DNA of 53,541 bases, filler included, from Streblomastix strix (taxonomy: Eukaryota): assembly GCA_008636045.1 (NCBI GenBank). It is 2 parts of 2 records of this genome, joined end to end, with 100 filler letters (N's around TTAATTAATTAA, not from the genome) between each part and the next. Parts side by side here need not be neighbours in the genome. Positions count along the whole stretch, not along the records: positions 1 to 26,735 come from SNRW01000157.1; 1 more part is not named here. One strand, given 5' to 3'. Below the pieces are notes generated by a model. That model had not been told where the DNA came from and made no database searches. It saw only the letters and a program-made list of their open reading frames with translations. A program made the position numbers and the translations under genes. This document shows, piece by piece, positions 1 to 13,555 of the stretch (positions are counted from its first letter, which is position 1; each line of letters starts with the position of its first letter).

Positions 1-3000
1 TCTATTTCATCTTTTATTTCATTTTCAGTTTGTTTTGAATCATATTCATTGTTTTATTATGAAAGACTTTCAAATAAATTGATTAGAATAGTTAGAACTG
101 CACTTAATACATAATCATCATCAGATCCATCTCCACCAGAACAACTCATAATTTTGGATACAATTTCCATTTCTTTATATTTGTTAATTAAATCAATTAT
201 TTATTATGCTGAAGCATTTTTATTGATACAAGAAATAATACTTAAACATCTATATTGAATCAATTTGGATTCATTGGTGATTTTTTTCCCCATTTTTTCT
301 CCTTTTGCAAATTTAATAATAAATTCAATCATAGTTGATTCTTAATGAAGCTAATTTCTGATTTAATTTGATATACTCAGCATAGATTGAAGAAGATACA
401 ATGCATTATTTTTCTAATTCAAAGATATTTGATTATTATGATTAAAGATATAAGTTGAAGATACATGAAATATTTCATTATTTTTATTATTGTTATTTGA
501 AGTTGTGAATATGAAAGATATTAAATGATTAAGAATATTATGTTATGAATTCAAATTATCAATTTATTATTAATTCATGCGAAATATTAATTTAGCAAGT
601 GCAAAGTAAGCATATGAGATGATATTTATGAAGAATTGCGAATTTTAAAGTGAAATGCATTAAGAACAATTGCAATTGATATGAATTAATGGTAATATTA
701 TATCATGAATTTAGCAATTCTTAATAATGAATTAGGCGTTATTTTTAGCTGTTCCTAAACATCCTATTGCAAAAAGAACTTTTTCAATCAATTCAATTTC
801 ATCATTTTCAATATTATTCTATTCATTCATTTATTTGGATTTATTTCCAATATTATTATTAGATTTGATTAATTATTGTTGAATTTAATTTATGAAGGAA
901 ATAAATTTAATGCAGAGAATTGTTGAACAATTATTTAATAAGTTTATTTAATCAAGTCTATATTTTTTTGTAATATAGCAAAATGCAATTGCAGCAAATA
1001 ATTTGATTCGTTTATTAATCAATATTAATTCTTAATTTTTATCTTAAATATTTATTTCCTTTTCAAGAATATCCATTATGGTAATGCTAATTTTAGAACC
1101 CGTTATATTTTTTTCAAAATAATTATATTCATAATCACTGCTCATTAATGCACCCCGTTCTGCAATTGAGAGCACCAATAAAATGGTTTTCTCTTTTAAT
1201 AATAATGAAGAAACATTCTATTGACATTCATTAATAATATAATATAAACTTCGGCAGATATAATCATCAATTAAAATAAAAAGAGTTTCATTATCTGAAT
1301 CATTTATGATTATTTGTAATTCATCAATTATCTAATGAATTTAATCTTCATTCCATCTTCTTATCTGATCAAATAGAATTGAATATATTCCCTCATTAAT
1401 AATAAGCATTGATCCTTTAATCAATTCTTTATCCATAATCTCTCTCATAATTTATATCATCTTTCTAATACTCTTCAATAAATTAATATTTTTATTCTAA
1501 TTCAAATTCGCTATTTAAATTGAATTATCTTATTTTTTTAATTCTTATTAAAATGATTGTAATTTCTTATTTTATAAAATGATTTCATTTCTAATTGATA
1601 AAATTTAATCCAATCTTTATTCTTCATTTTGCCAAGCTAATAACTTGAATAATTATAAATTAAGAGAATATTATGAAAATGATTCTTTTTATTATTCTTC
1701 AAATTCATCTTCTCATATTTAAAAGAACATTAAGGTATATTTATACCTATTTATCATCATTGAAATCTTTTCAAATGGTAATATTGATTTGATTTATTCT
1801 CTTGTTTAAGGATTTCCAATCTCAAACATATTGCTGAATATTTAAATAATTTATTATTTGTTATCTTTATCATTATTATCGAATACTGAAATTAATAAAT
1901 GGAGAATATTTTTTCTAAGAATTGTTTCATGATTGTCTTAATGAAGTGAAAGAAACTGCAATGATTCTATCTCTGCAAAAATATCTTCATTTCTTTATAC
2001 ATTATTTTCAATAGATCTTGCAATTAATTTAAAAGTTATATCTAATAATTGTGATGGGAAAGAATGTCCTCTATATAATAAAGTTAATAAATCGATTATT
2101 AAACTTTGAATGTTTTCATTGGATTAATATTTAACTAAATTTTATTCAAGTATTTGTATTATCAAATCTATTTGAAGTTAGTTAAAATAAGGATGATTAC
2201 TATTATTAAGATAAGAAATTTCACAATCACTATTAGATGAACAATGATTATCTCCAGAAAAAATGATATTTCTTATTATATATACAACTTTTTCTACAAT
2301 TTCAATAGATGAATGGTTGAGAAACGGTGATAATATTTGAATAATTCCAAATTTATAGAGTTATTAGTTTGATTATATATTTTCTTGGATTGAAATATTT
2401 TCAATTGAATCTAAATGAATTGGTTTTATTTATGAAATCGGAATTTGTTTCAACATATTAATAAATTCTTAGGGAATAGCTGTTTTAATTATTATTAGAA
2501 TTGTTTCATCATCATCAGTAACTAATGATAATATTTTGCAACAACTGTTTATTATTCCAATTATTTCTGATGTGATATTTTCATCTTATTTTTATTATGT
2601 AAGAATTTCATTTGTTAAAGTAAATTATGAAAGAATGATTGGAATTAATTTATTATTTGTTATGGTAATTTTGTTTTCTTAATTTGCTTATTCATATTTT
2701 TCATATGTACTAAAAAGTTAATTAATTGATTTTAGTTGTTCATAGTCTTTATTCCATTTTATTAATATATTAATAATTCGTTTATCAAATTCTAAATCCA
2801 AATCTCCAATTAATTCTAAGAAATTCATTAAATCAATTGAATTTCTAATCTCAAATTCAACTTCAGACCCTCCATTCTCAATTAATATAAACAATAATTC
2901 AAGCGAATAACTCTTTAATTTAGTAATAATTGATTTGGAATGTTTGATTATTACATCAATGAAATTATCTGAAATTATGTCTGATATGTTAGCTAAATGA

Positions 3001-4298
3001 ATAAAAAAATTAATAAATTCAATTAGATATAATATTAAAGCACACCTTCTTTAAATGCTAATCCACAAAGCACATTCAATCCTTTTTCAATATATTTATT
3101 AGAATTTTCATTTGAAATGTCTTTCTTCAGTTATTAAATCAGCTTTTTCTTCAAATAACTGTCTAATTCCTATGCACGTAATAATGTCCCAAGAATAATT
3201 GCTGTTTTACTTTTCATCTCCTCTGTTTCTCCATTAATGATACAATTCAAAAATATTTAATGAATTACTCCATCATTTTTTTAAATTGAATATTACTGAT
3301 GTGTTTAACGCAATACAATTCTGCTTTCTTCAATATCAAGAATATTAAACAAAGAATTAATAGCATCATCTTTCACTAAAGTATTTGAATGTTCCAAAAT
3401 CCGAGCTATTGTCTTAATTACTTAATTTTACATTAATTATAATTTTTATTCCTTATCAAAATTATCAATTATTAATTTAAGAATTTGAATGTGTACATAA
3501 TCAATTTCATGAAGAGAAAGTGAATTAATAAGTTTTGTTATTTAGATTGGAATATCATTCATATTAATATATTGCAATATATATGGTTTTGCATATATAA
3601 TGAAATTTAGGAATAAATATATTTGTTTTGTTATAAAAAGATCATTCATTGATAAAGAAGACCAAATACCATTTTATTCTTTTTCTTAATATCTTGATGT
3701 GTTTAATAAAATTAATTATTAATTAATTAATTATATTGTCTCATTTTTGAAATAAATATTTGTCTTTATTTATTATTCATCAATGCTTTATAATTAATTC
3801 AATTCTAAGTTAATCTTAAATATTTCTTTTAATTATTAAGCGCATTTATCAATAATAATAAATGTTGATTTGAAATAGATTTATTTTTAACTTATTAAGT
3901 CTAAATAGGATTCATGAGATGACAGAAGTACAAGTGCTTGTCTCAATTCCTTCCCATTACTATTATTAAAATATGTATAACTAAATATAAATAAAAATTG
4001 ATATTAAGAAAGAAAATAAATAAATAATTATACTGATTGGAATCAAATTTGTTTATAAATGAATCCAATTCATCTATTTCTGTTTCAGAAGGTATTCCAC
4101 TTATTAATGCAATATTATCTCCAAATTTGTTTATGTATTCAACAAATATATTCTGAGTTACAAAATAAAATTAATAATTAAAATAATTTGAAAAAATAGT
4201 TATTATCAAAATAAATAAACTGTTATTTTCTCTGTTATTTTTGTATCTTTCACTTTATCAACCATTTCAATGTCTTCCAAACGAGGATATTTTGACAT
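1..4298 (-). CDS. Large ARM/HEAT-like helical repeat protein, multi-exon, 3' end beyond the window start
   Basis: ATG at 4298 (MSKYPRLEDIEMVDKVKD...). Long frames are open when TAA/TAG are read as Gln. GT-AG introns, e.g. 2993-3045. Ile/Leu-rich helical segments resemble the ARM-like modules of neighbouring genes. Confidence 0.6.
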
Positions 4299-4563
4299 TT
4301 AATTCAAACTAATAACTATATAAAGAGTTAATGAGAAATTAAATAAAAAAAAGAAATTTATTAAAAGACAATTTAACAGATTATTAAAATATAAAAATGT
4401 ATATACATGATTTAAATGTGTTTAAATTTATGTTTTACATATTAAAATAATATGCTTAAATCAATAGATGATTATTCAGACTGGAATAATGAAATTAATT
4501 TCAATTAATATATTTGTTGTTTTATACTATGAAAGAAGACATAGTTAATGAAATTCGTATATT

Positions 4564-4790
4564 ATTAGACGTAAATAAATAAGCACAATTAAATACAATT
4601 TAATTTTGACAATTTATAAAAATATTTTTCAAAATGAGAATGAAAATAAAAAAATAAAATTTTATTAGATTATTTTTATCAAGGAATAAAAATTGGTTAT
4701 CAAAATATAAAAATTAGATTAATATTCATATTTTTAACATCTTCTAGAAGTATTCATATATTTATGAATGTTAATTTTATTTTAAAAATC
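4564..4790 (+). repeat. Diverged dispersed intergenic repeat, copy 1
   Basis: Shares ordered blocks (ATTAGACGTA.ATAAATAA, ATGAAAATAAAAAAATAAAAT, AAGGAATAAAAATT, ATGAATG.TAATT) with 7237-7455. Confidence 0.6.
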
Positions 4791-4968
4791 AATATTTTAT
4801 TAAGGAATAAAACTATATAATTCAGTTTAAATTTTGAAAATTATATATATGTATCAAATCTAAATTTTTTTTAAATTAATTCAGTTAATTTATACATCAT
4901 TAAGATAAACTTTTTTATTCCTGTAAAATTTTAAAATAATTAAAATATTTAAAAGCCAATTTAAGAAG

Positions 4969-6911
4969 ATGTTTTCAATTCCACCACTTCCAGTTGGTTG
5001 CATTATATTAGAATCATAGCTCCCTCAAGGCATGATCCGAACAATGAAAAAAATTAGGTTTGTCACTGTCGAAATAAACACCTTTTAATTATATATTTTG
5101 TTTTCTTATTAGCGAAGGAGTATCATTTAAAGTCCCTTCATCAATTGAAGCTGAACTTGCTCGGTATGATATTGAGAGCCAGAAGCTTGTACCAGAATCT
5201 ATCGAAATTACGAAAAAAACAAAAGACGCAAGTTTGCATAATATTCCCGATTTTTCTCTTTTATTTTCAACTATTTTTTAGGTCACAAACTCTACGCTGA
5301 AAGCATTAGAACACATGAACAGACAATTGCTAAAATTGAAGAAGAAACTGTTACGGAGGACTCGGTAGGATCGACTGTTTTTTGAAACGGTTTTATATTT
5401 TCTTTTTCTTTCAGCTCAAGGAACACGCACCAGCCATTGTGGGAATTCTGGAAACTGTAAAAAAATAAATACCAGCCATTATTCACCCGATGAAGGCGAA
5501 ACACTTTTACACGTATCGCAAGCTACGTGTACGAACATAAATTTTTGCTCCACATTTCTATATTGTTGACTATATTTTAATAATATTCTATTATTATGAC
5601 TCAGCAAATTTGCAGAGTTATTTTTACATCTATTACTGGGTCAGCTGATGTAGTTATGCCAAATGAGAAGATCGACACTTTCATTGAAGATCTGCTCTAA
5701 ACCGAAGCATTCAAAATCGTTACAACGGAACCCCCTCCCGAAGAAGATGCATCTGAAATATAAAAACAAACATCGAAGAAGAATAAGAAAGAAACCGAAG
5801 CAGGAGAAGCACAATTGGATGAAGAAGGGAATGTTATTGAACAAGAGAAACCACCCAATGAAGAAGGAGCTGCCGAAGCTGTTGAAGGAGGAGGGGAAGA
5901 AGCAGAAGAAGAACAGGAGAAGTTTCAGGAGATTGAGGAGCCTGTTGTTGAGGTCCACGATGCGTTTGCTCAATGTGCGACTACTACTCGAGGTGCTGTT
6001 ACTTTGGATGAAGCATTCAATGCAGTGAAGATTGCATATATAAACAGAAGAATTAGACCACTGAGAATAAATGAGGAGGAGGTATTTATAATTAATTGAT
6101 AATTTAATTGATATGATATATTGGATTTTATTATTTGTGTTAATATGTTTACAAATTAATTTAATTTATATTTTAAATTTCAATTTTTTTTTATATAAAC
6201 ATTTCATTATTTTTATTTAATTTAATTCTTATTTAATATCCAACATCAGTTATATCACAAAGTCCTAGACCATTTAAAAGCGATCGATGCTATCCTCCAT
6301 CCACCCAAGAAAGAAAAACCGCTTTTACGTCGCGTGAAAAAGAAAAAAGCCAAAAAACAAGAAGACGAAGACGAGGAAGAAGAAGAAGTAGAAGGACAGA
6401 CCAGAAAAAGAAGGAGGAGAAGAAGAAGAAGAAGAAACGATGAAACAGATGGAGATGAGCAAGAAGAAGAAGAGGAAGGAGAAGAAAGAGGATCAGGAGA
6501 AGAATCTGAGTCTGAATCTGAGTATGAGTGGGTTGAAATACCAGAAGAGGTCAAGAAATAAGGGACGAGTGATGAAGATGCAGAAGATAATGAGTAAGAA
6601 GGTGAGTAAGTAAAAGATGAGGAAGAAGAACAGGAAGAAGGAGAAGAAGGAACTGAACACGAGAAGAAGCATCTGAAATATAAAAACAAACATCGAAGAA
6701 GAATAAGAAAGAAGGAGAAGAAGGAACTGAACACGAGAAGAAGCAATTTCCAACTGAGGAACTGTATGAGTTGTTCCAGAGAGTGCCTGAAGTGATTGAT
6801 GAAGTGAGATTGGGTTATAGAGTGGATGATAAATTGATACATCCTGTTGATGAGAAGGCAAATGAAGAAGGAGAAGAAGAATAGGAAGAAGGTGGGAATG
6901 AGGAAGCATGA
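4969..6911 (+). CDS. Hypothetical Glu/Lys-rich protein, multi-exon, frameshifted by a 74-bp insertion in the last exon
   Basis: MFSIPPLPVGCIILESQLPQG..., with GT-AG introns that keep the frame. Without the 6672-6745 insertion it reads ...EKKQFPTEELYELFQRVPEV...GGNEEA-TGA (6909-6911). Confidence 0.6.
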
Positions 6912-7236
6912 GTTTAGATGAATATGATATTAGGCTAAATTGATGAATGAATGGAAGATTTATTTTGTTAGTTTGATTGATTAGCACATGGTTTTATATT
7001 TTATATTTTCAACTTTTTTAATCTAAATGATCTCATGCTCAAATAAACAAAACAATTTCATAACATATTTTAATTTAATTATGTTCGTTTTTAAGTAATC
7101 ATTGAAGATTCCAGAAATGTCTGCCCAACCCTCTCTAGCCCAGCACCAATATTATTGTTACTCCACTTTTTGTTAAAAAAATAAAAAATTCAATTTTAAA
7201 ACTTTTTAAAGTAAAATTTGATATTTATATTAATAA

Positions 7237-7455
7237 ATTAGACGTAGATAAATAAATATAATTTAATTTTACCAAATATTTAAGTTAAATATTCGAATCG
7301 AACATGAAAATAAAAAAATAAAATAATATTTGATTTTTTTTCTAATAAGGAATAAAAATTATTTATTTAAAACAAAAAAAAAATATTTTAAATTATATTT
7401 ATATATGTCTAAGTAATATTAATATATTAATGAATGCTAATTATTTTTAAAAAAT
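7237..7455 (+). repeat. Diverged dispersed intergenic repeat, copy 2
   Basis: Homologous to 4564-4790 in the same orientation. Confidence 0.6.
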
Positions 7456-7570
7456 AACAGTTCTATAAAAAAAATTCAATAAGAAAATCGCTCTAAATAA
7501 ATTTATTTATTCACGTGCCACAATTACTATTGTTCAAAAATATTTGATTAACATGGCAAAATAGCAAATA

Positions 7571-9371
7571 TCAATGTTTCTGAATTTCAGCGTTGTTCGC
7601 TATTTTGAAAAATAAAATAAATAAAAGAAATTAATTTATAAATAAAATATTGGAAATATAATAATAAATATAATTCATACCAGCATTCTTAGAGAGAAGG
7701 TTGAGTGCATTTATAGCTGTCATCTATGTATTCTCATCGGGATCATTTTGAAGCGTTTTCAAATGAGAAATAATCGATTTTCTCATTTGTTCGTCATCAA
7801 TCTTCTTACTCTTGAATAATCTACCAATGCAAATAGAAGCAGAATCTTTGATTTCTTTCACTTGAGTAGTGCAGAAGAGTTTGTACATCTTAGAAATTCC
7901 ATCGCATACAAGAACTGCTTCATAATATTTGTGTGTTTCATCTGGCGATCTTGAGTCATATACATGATGAATGATATTGTGAATTGCTGTCAGTGCACTT
8001 CCTGCAATATTTTCATCAATAGGATGATCTAATATCCTTATCAAAGCAGGAAATGGATTCTTTCTGCAACAATGAATAGTGAATTCATTAGAACAGCAAT
8101 CAGTCATCATCAGATAGGCAGTTAGTAAAGGGAGTGTTATAGTATTGAATTCACGTGTTGCTATAATGAAAAGAAGTGCATCAACAATTCCAATATCAAG
8201 AATATTCTATCTTAATTCATCATCTTCTCGATCTTCAAGAATCGCTGTTATGACTTCGCATTTATGTTCTTGTTCAGTTTATATCATTTTCTTTTCCTCT
8301 GAAGTTCCAATTAATTCTTTTCTTAATGAATTTCTGATCTATATAAGAAGATCTCCTTTCAGAATCTCTGAAAGATTAACTATTTTATGGAATAATAAAT
8401 AAATATTAATAGTAAAACCAAATTGTAATTTTTAATAAAATAATAATAATAATATTAATAATATTAAATATTACTTTTATATATTAATTTCATATACCTG
8501 GATTCCATGATAGATGATTTATAGCAAACAATGCACCATCTCTTGTTTGTTTCTCAGAATCTTCAGTAAGCAATTTAAGATGTTATACAATATAAAGTCT
8601 CATTTTCGAATCTTTAATCTCTCGAGCTCTGAAAAGATATCCAATACATACAGAACAACAATCTCTCGTGTATTTGTTGGCATTCTTTGTGAATATTTCA
8701 TAGATCTTAGCAACACCATTGCATTTTTATATCTCATCAAAATGTTGATGTGGGTCATCTTCTTCAGTGTCTTCAATGCCTTCAGTAATTAGATTGTGAA
8801 TAGATGTGATTGCATTCCTTAATACTTCAGCATCTCCATGACTTAAAAGACGAATTAATGCTGGGTATGGTTTTTTGATAAGAATTTGGTTTCTGATCCA
8901 TTTCGAGCAGAATATTGTGAGGCAGTAGAAGGCAGAACAAAAAGGAACAGTGATTGAATTAAGATCACGTTTTGTCAATATTTGGAGTAGTGAATCTACA
9001 ATGCCTGATTTGATTGCATACATTCTTCCTTCATCATCTTCTTCATTGAATTTCAGCATCTCAACAAATATAACACAAGCTCTTTCTTGTTTTTCAATAA
9101 TATCTTTTTATTGTTGCTATGATCCAGATACTTTTATTTTAAGATCATCATTTATCTATTTGAAGACCTTTTCACGCTCACTTTATTGTATTTGAATTGG
9201 CTATTATTATTAAAGTTTCTGATTAATTTCATTTTCATTCAACTATTGACCTTAAGCTTAGTTTCTAAGATACTCAATTAGTTGATTGAATAGCTGAGCT
9301 TGTTCTGGTGTTATTTATGCTCCCTTTTAATCCTAATTTTCTGCTTTATTCCCATCAGAATTAGAAGCCAT
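7571..9371 (-). CDS. ARM-like repeat protein with two tandem ~230-aa modules, 3 exons
   Basis: ATG at 9371, introns 8380-8497 and 7600-7680, TGA at 7571. Repeated motifs GIVD(S/A)LL..., KKPYPALIRLL/KNPFPALIRIL, H.H/Y..I..C.G..K.Y..F and CIG.LF. Confidence 0.75.
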
Positions 9372-9621
9372 TTGCTAATTAAAAATTAGAAAAATATTTA
9401 AAAATTAAAGGTAAATGATGGAAAAAATAGATTTTTTTTCAATTTAGAAAAATCGGCCACAGTATAAATGAATATTTAATTTGAATATAAATTTGGTACA
9501 TTAACATAGTTTATAAACCATTTATTAATAAAATAAGAATATATAACCTACGTGCGTTTTCAATAAGGTGCAATTTTGGTGAATTTATTTCTCAAGTCTA
9601 AATCAAACATAAACTGAACAA

Positions 9622-12619
9622 ATGAAACTTTTTATTGATGTGACCTGTTTATTGCTCCTATCACTTATCAATGGAAAACTCGACTAAGCATCTATAGAAA
9701 TCAAGCATTTTCCTCGGTCAAATGAATAAGACATTGCTTAATTGACATTTTTATTTGAGTAGTAGTAGCTCACATTATAAGAACAATTCCAATTTACAAG
9801 AGGTATGCAATGTTCAGCTCACTGTTTCGCTTTTATTTTAATTTGATTCGTTTTATTTTACAGACTTGATAATTCGAGATATAAATAATGAAATATATGA
9901 AGTGACCAAGCCAATATCAATTTCATTTCAAACTTTAGTTGAACTTTCAAGTATTATTTATAGTTAAATATGTTTAAAATTATTGATCATTATTTCTTTC
10001 TTTTAGCCGTCACTCTTTTTGAGTAGAACTAATTTGATGATCTTCATGAAGAAAGCGGGCAAAACTTGTGTGATAGAAGGCTTAAAAGTAGCTAAAAATA
10101 TGATGTTTTCAAGCTAAAACCTAGTCGTTTTCTGGTAAAATATTATATTTTTTAATTTTTATAATTATTGGTTGTTACTTTCATATTTCATATAATATTT
10201 TAATTAGTAACTTGTTGATTTGCAAGTGAACATTGACACAGATTAGAAATAAATTCGTTCAACTCTAATGAGTAACGGAAAACATATTAATTTTCAATTG
10301 AAAGAAAATGAAATCATCAAAGATTCTAATATTTCAGTATATAAATTTGAAAAAAATAAAAAAAATAAATAAAAAAATTTACAATTTAAATTTTAATGCA
10401 TATCTTATATTATTATATATTCATAAGTTTATTCTTATTTATATTCTCTAATTAACAGTTCTACTGCCATGCAAACTCTCACATTGCGCCTATCTACTCA
10501 TAAACCTTATCATCTTCTTTACAGTAAACAACATCCATTGAATAAACATCAGAAAATCAATCCATTTTCCTTACAACTCCAATTTCTTTTCTCACACAAT
10601 ACAGCATCGCATTTCCACACATTGATTCTCAGTAATCATCTTCAATTTCAGACAAAATTAGAAGCAAAGAAAAGATCACATATTCAGATATTGGAGAGGG
10701 ATTGTTGATTAGAAACAAATACATTTGGCGTGAAGAAGATTGGGACGATGAAGATGAAGATATAGAATATAAGTATGCAATATATATAATAATTTAATAT
10801 ACTTATATTGATAAATTAATATATATTTATTAGTGTTCAATATTATTATTATTCTTTTTCTTATTTATCAATATCTTATTAAACTTGCCAACAGCGGTGT
10901 TAGTGCTCTGTGCAAGTCCATGCGAAATAAGATCGGAATTGATCCTGCTTGTTATGCTGCTATGATGAACTGTGAATAAGAAAAGGTTTATCATATATAA
11001 TATTAAATTTTAAAATAATAAATATTATTAGTTTTATAAATAATTAATAATATTTATTTTAATATTAAAATCTAGAATTTCCTTACAAAAACAAATAGTT
11101 TAAAAGATGATTAATAATTTTCGGTTGCAGAAAAAACACTCTCTGAATTCCTGATGGAAAACAAGTATCAATTTGCTGGTATGAATTTTAAATATTATAT
11201 TATTTATTATAACAATAGATATTTTTTATTTTATGAATTTTAATAATTATATTTTCATAATTTTGTTTAATATTAATAGAAGAAACAATATCTGATGTAA
11301 GGAGTGTTGCTCTTATTCGTGTTCCTCAATAAGAATAATAATAATAAATTAATAATAATAAATAGAAAAATAATGAATTTATTGAAGAATAACAATAGTA
11401 ATCAATTGATCATTACTATATCACATTCCAAATAACTGCCCCAACTGAAGTACTAGGTTTGATGAGAAGGATGGCTTAACCTGAGATAACACACAGTAAT
11501 ATTACGATCAAAGATAACAACGATGATTAGAATCTTAAAGAATAAGAAGTTGAAGACACCGAGTTGAATTTGGAAGCAAATGTTTAGATAAAGAATAGGG
11601 TTGAATTTGAAGGAGAAATTACAGTTGATTTAGACGATTGTACAGTAAAAATTGGAGATAATAAAAATTCAAATGATAAAGTTGACATCTCAGTATAAAA
11701 CACTGTATCTTAATAATCTTCTCTAAAAGCTTAGATAAATGGAATTGAATAAAAAGATTTTAAGTGGGAAATTACACTGAGAAAGAAAAATACTGAAATA
11801 AATGAAAATGAATCAACATCATAACAACAACTAGATTGGGATAAATCATAATTGAAATGCAAAGTGAGTGTAAAGACTGGAAATAATATTGAAGATTCTT
11901 CTGATATTGTTTCAGATATCGATCTTTCTAAACTTACCATACGCACAGCTCAATAACAAGTGAATAATAAATAACCATAAACAAAATAATAAAAATCTAC
12001 ATCTACATATGAATTCCCAATATCAATGAACTGTTCATCTCATGGTACCCCAATCAATAATGGGATATCATGCATATGTGATTAAGGATATACCAGCTTA
12101 GATTCTACAGTAAAAAAAGAATATAGGATGTGTAATGTAGTTGCGAAGACAGTGTTAGATGAAGAGTTAGAAGAGATTTAAGAAATATAAAAGATGAATA
12201 ATAATGAAACTCAAACAGTTAATAAGAATGATAGTAATAAATTGAAATAATACTGGAATTAACATTCATTCAGCAACAAAATATTGAATTCAACATAAAT
12301 AGAGTAACTCATATCTCAAATCAACATCAATGGACTTCAAACAGTCAGTTGGATTGCTATTTTAGTTTCACTTGTAATAATAATTCTGATATAAGGCATA
12401 TTTGCGTTTATTGTGATCAAACATTCAAAAGGAAGGAAATATATAATTGGTTCTGAATATGAGTAATAATAGATATATAATGATGAAGATGAGGATGATG
12501 AATAATAATCAAATATTGAGATGAATTATAATAACACCCTCAAAGAGAAGAAATAATAAAGAAATAAGAAAGGAGATAAAAAGAATAGAAAAGCAAAGTT
12601 GCAAAAGAAATTGCAATGA
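9622..12619 (+). CDS. Type I membrane or surface protein with signal peptide, membrane-proximal EGF-like Cys motif, one TM helix and an acidic/basic tail
   Basis: N-terminus MKLFIDVTCLLLLSLING; CSSHG...CICDQGY...C near 12030-12135; hydrophobic VSWIAILVSLVIIILIQGIFAFIVI at ~12345-12420; TGA 12617-12619; several GT-AG introns. Confidence 0.6.
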
Positions 12620-13555
12620 ATATAAGGAATGTGCGAGACTCATAAGACAAATAATGCACAAATTCATACACCAAGAATTGCATCAGATGTTATAAAATAG
12701 GTTTGAGTAGTTTTGCCCAGTTAAGAACCTATCTCCTTAAGAGATGGTGATTTTTATTTTGTATTGAGCTATGCCATTGGCTGCATTCAAGTAGAATATT
12801 TTATAAAGTTGTTTATTTGTTATTTCATACACAACAATACATATATTTTTTTTACTTAATCACGCATTCATATTGAATTCCAACGATCTATTTAATATTT
12901 TTGATACATTTTTTATTTTGTTGTCAAGATACAACAGAATGTCTAAAAGATTCGGATTAATTTGTTACTATCTCTCTACAAATCCTAGTTAAAAAATTTA
13001 AGCAAACTAACCAACGTAGAGTATACAAATTATTAAAGTAATCAATAATGATATGTACATATATTATAAAGTAGTAATATGCACTCAAAACAAATATCAA
13101 CCTACTATTTAAGTTCTTTTTTATATGATTTTTGAATAAACCATATTTTCTATTGAAATAAATTAGATACTTTTTATTAAAATCATCCAATATAATCGTG
13201 TAGTATATACACACATTATTTAAATTTCAAATGCATTTTTTATACTTAAATATTAACAGTAAATATGATCTAAAATTTCTTTTAAAAATCTTGCCAAAAC
13301 AGCACAACAATGAAGTATAATTACACTTTGAATAAATAAATAATCGAATAATGTTATTTTGCTATTATTAACTACAAAATTATTGACATTTTATAAATTT
13401 CGCTAGAAGAGCTACGGATTTAAAAAATCATTTTTTCTTTATACTTTTTAACTACTTTATTGATTTTTAATACATATTTTTTATTTGAATTTTTGCAACT
13501 TAATTAGATTTCCTTCAACTTTCTATTGTTAATTAACCAATAATATTAAATAACA

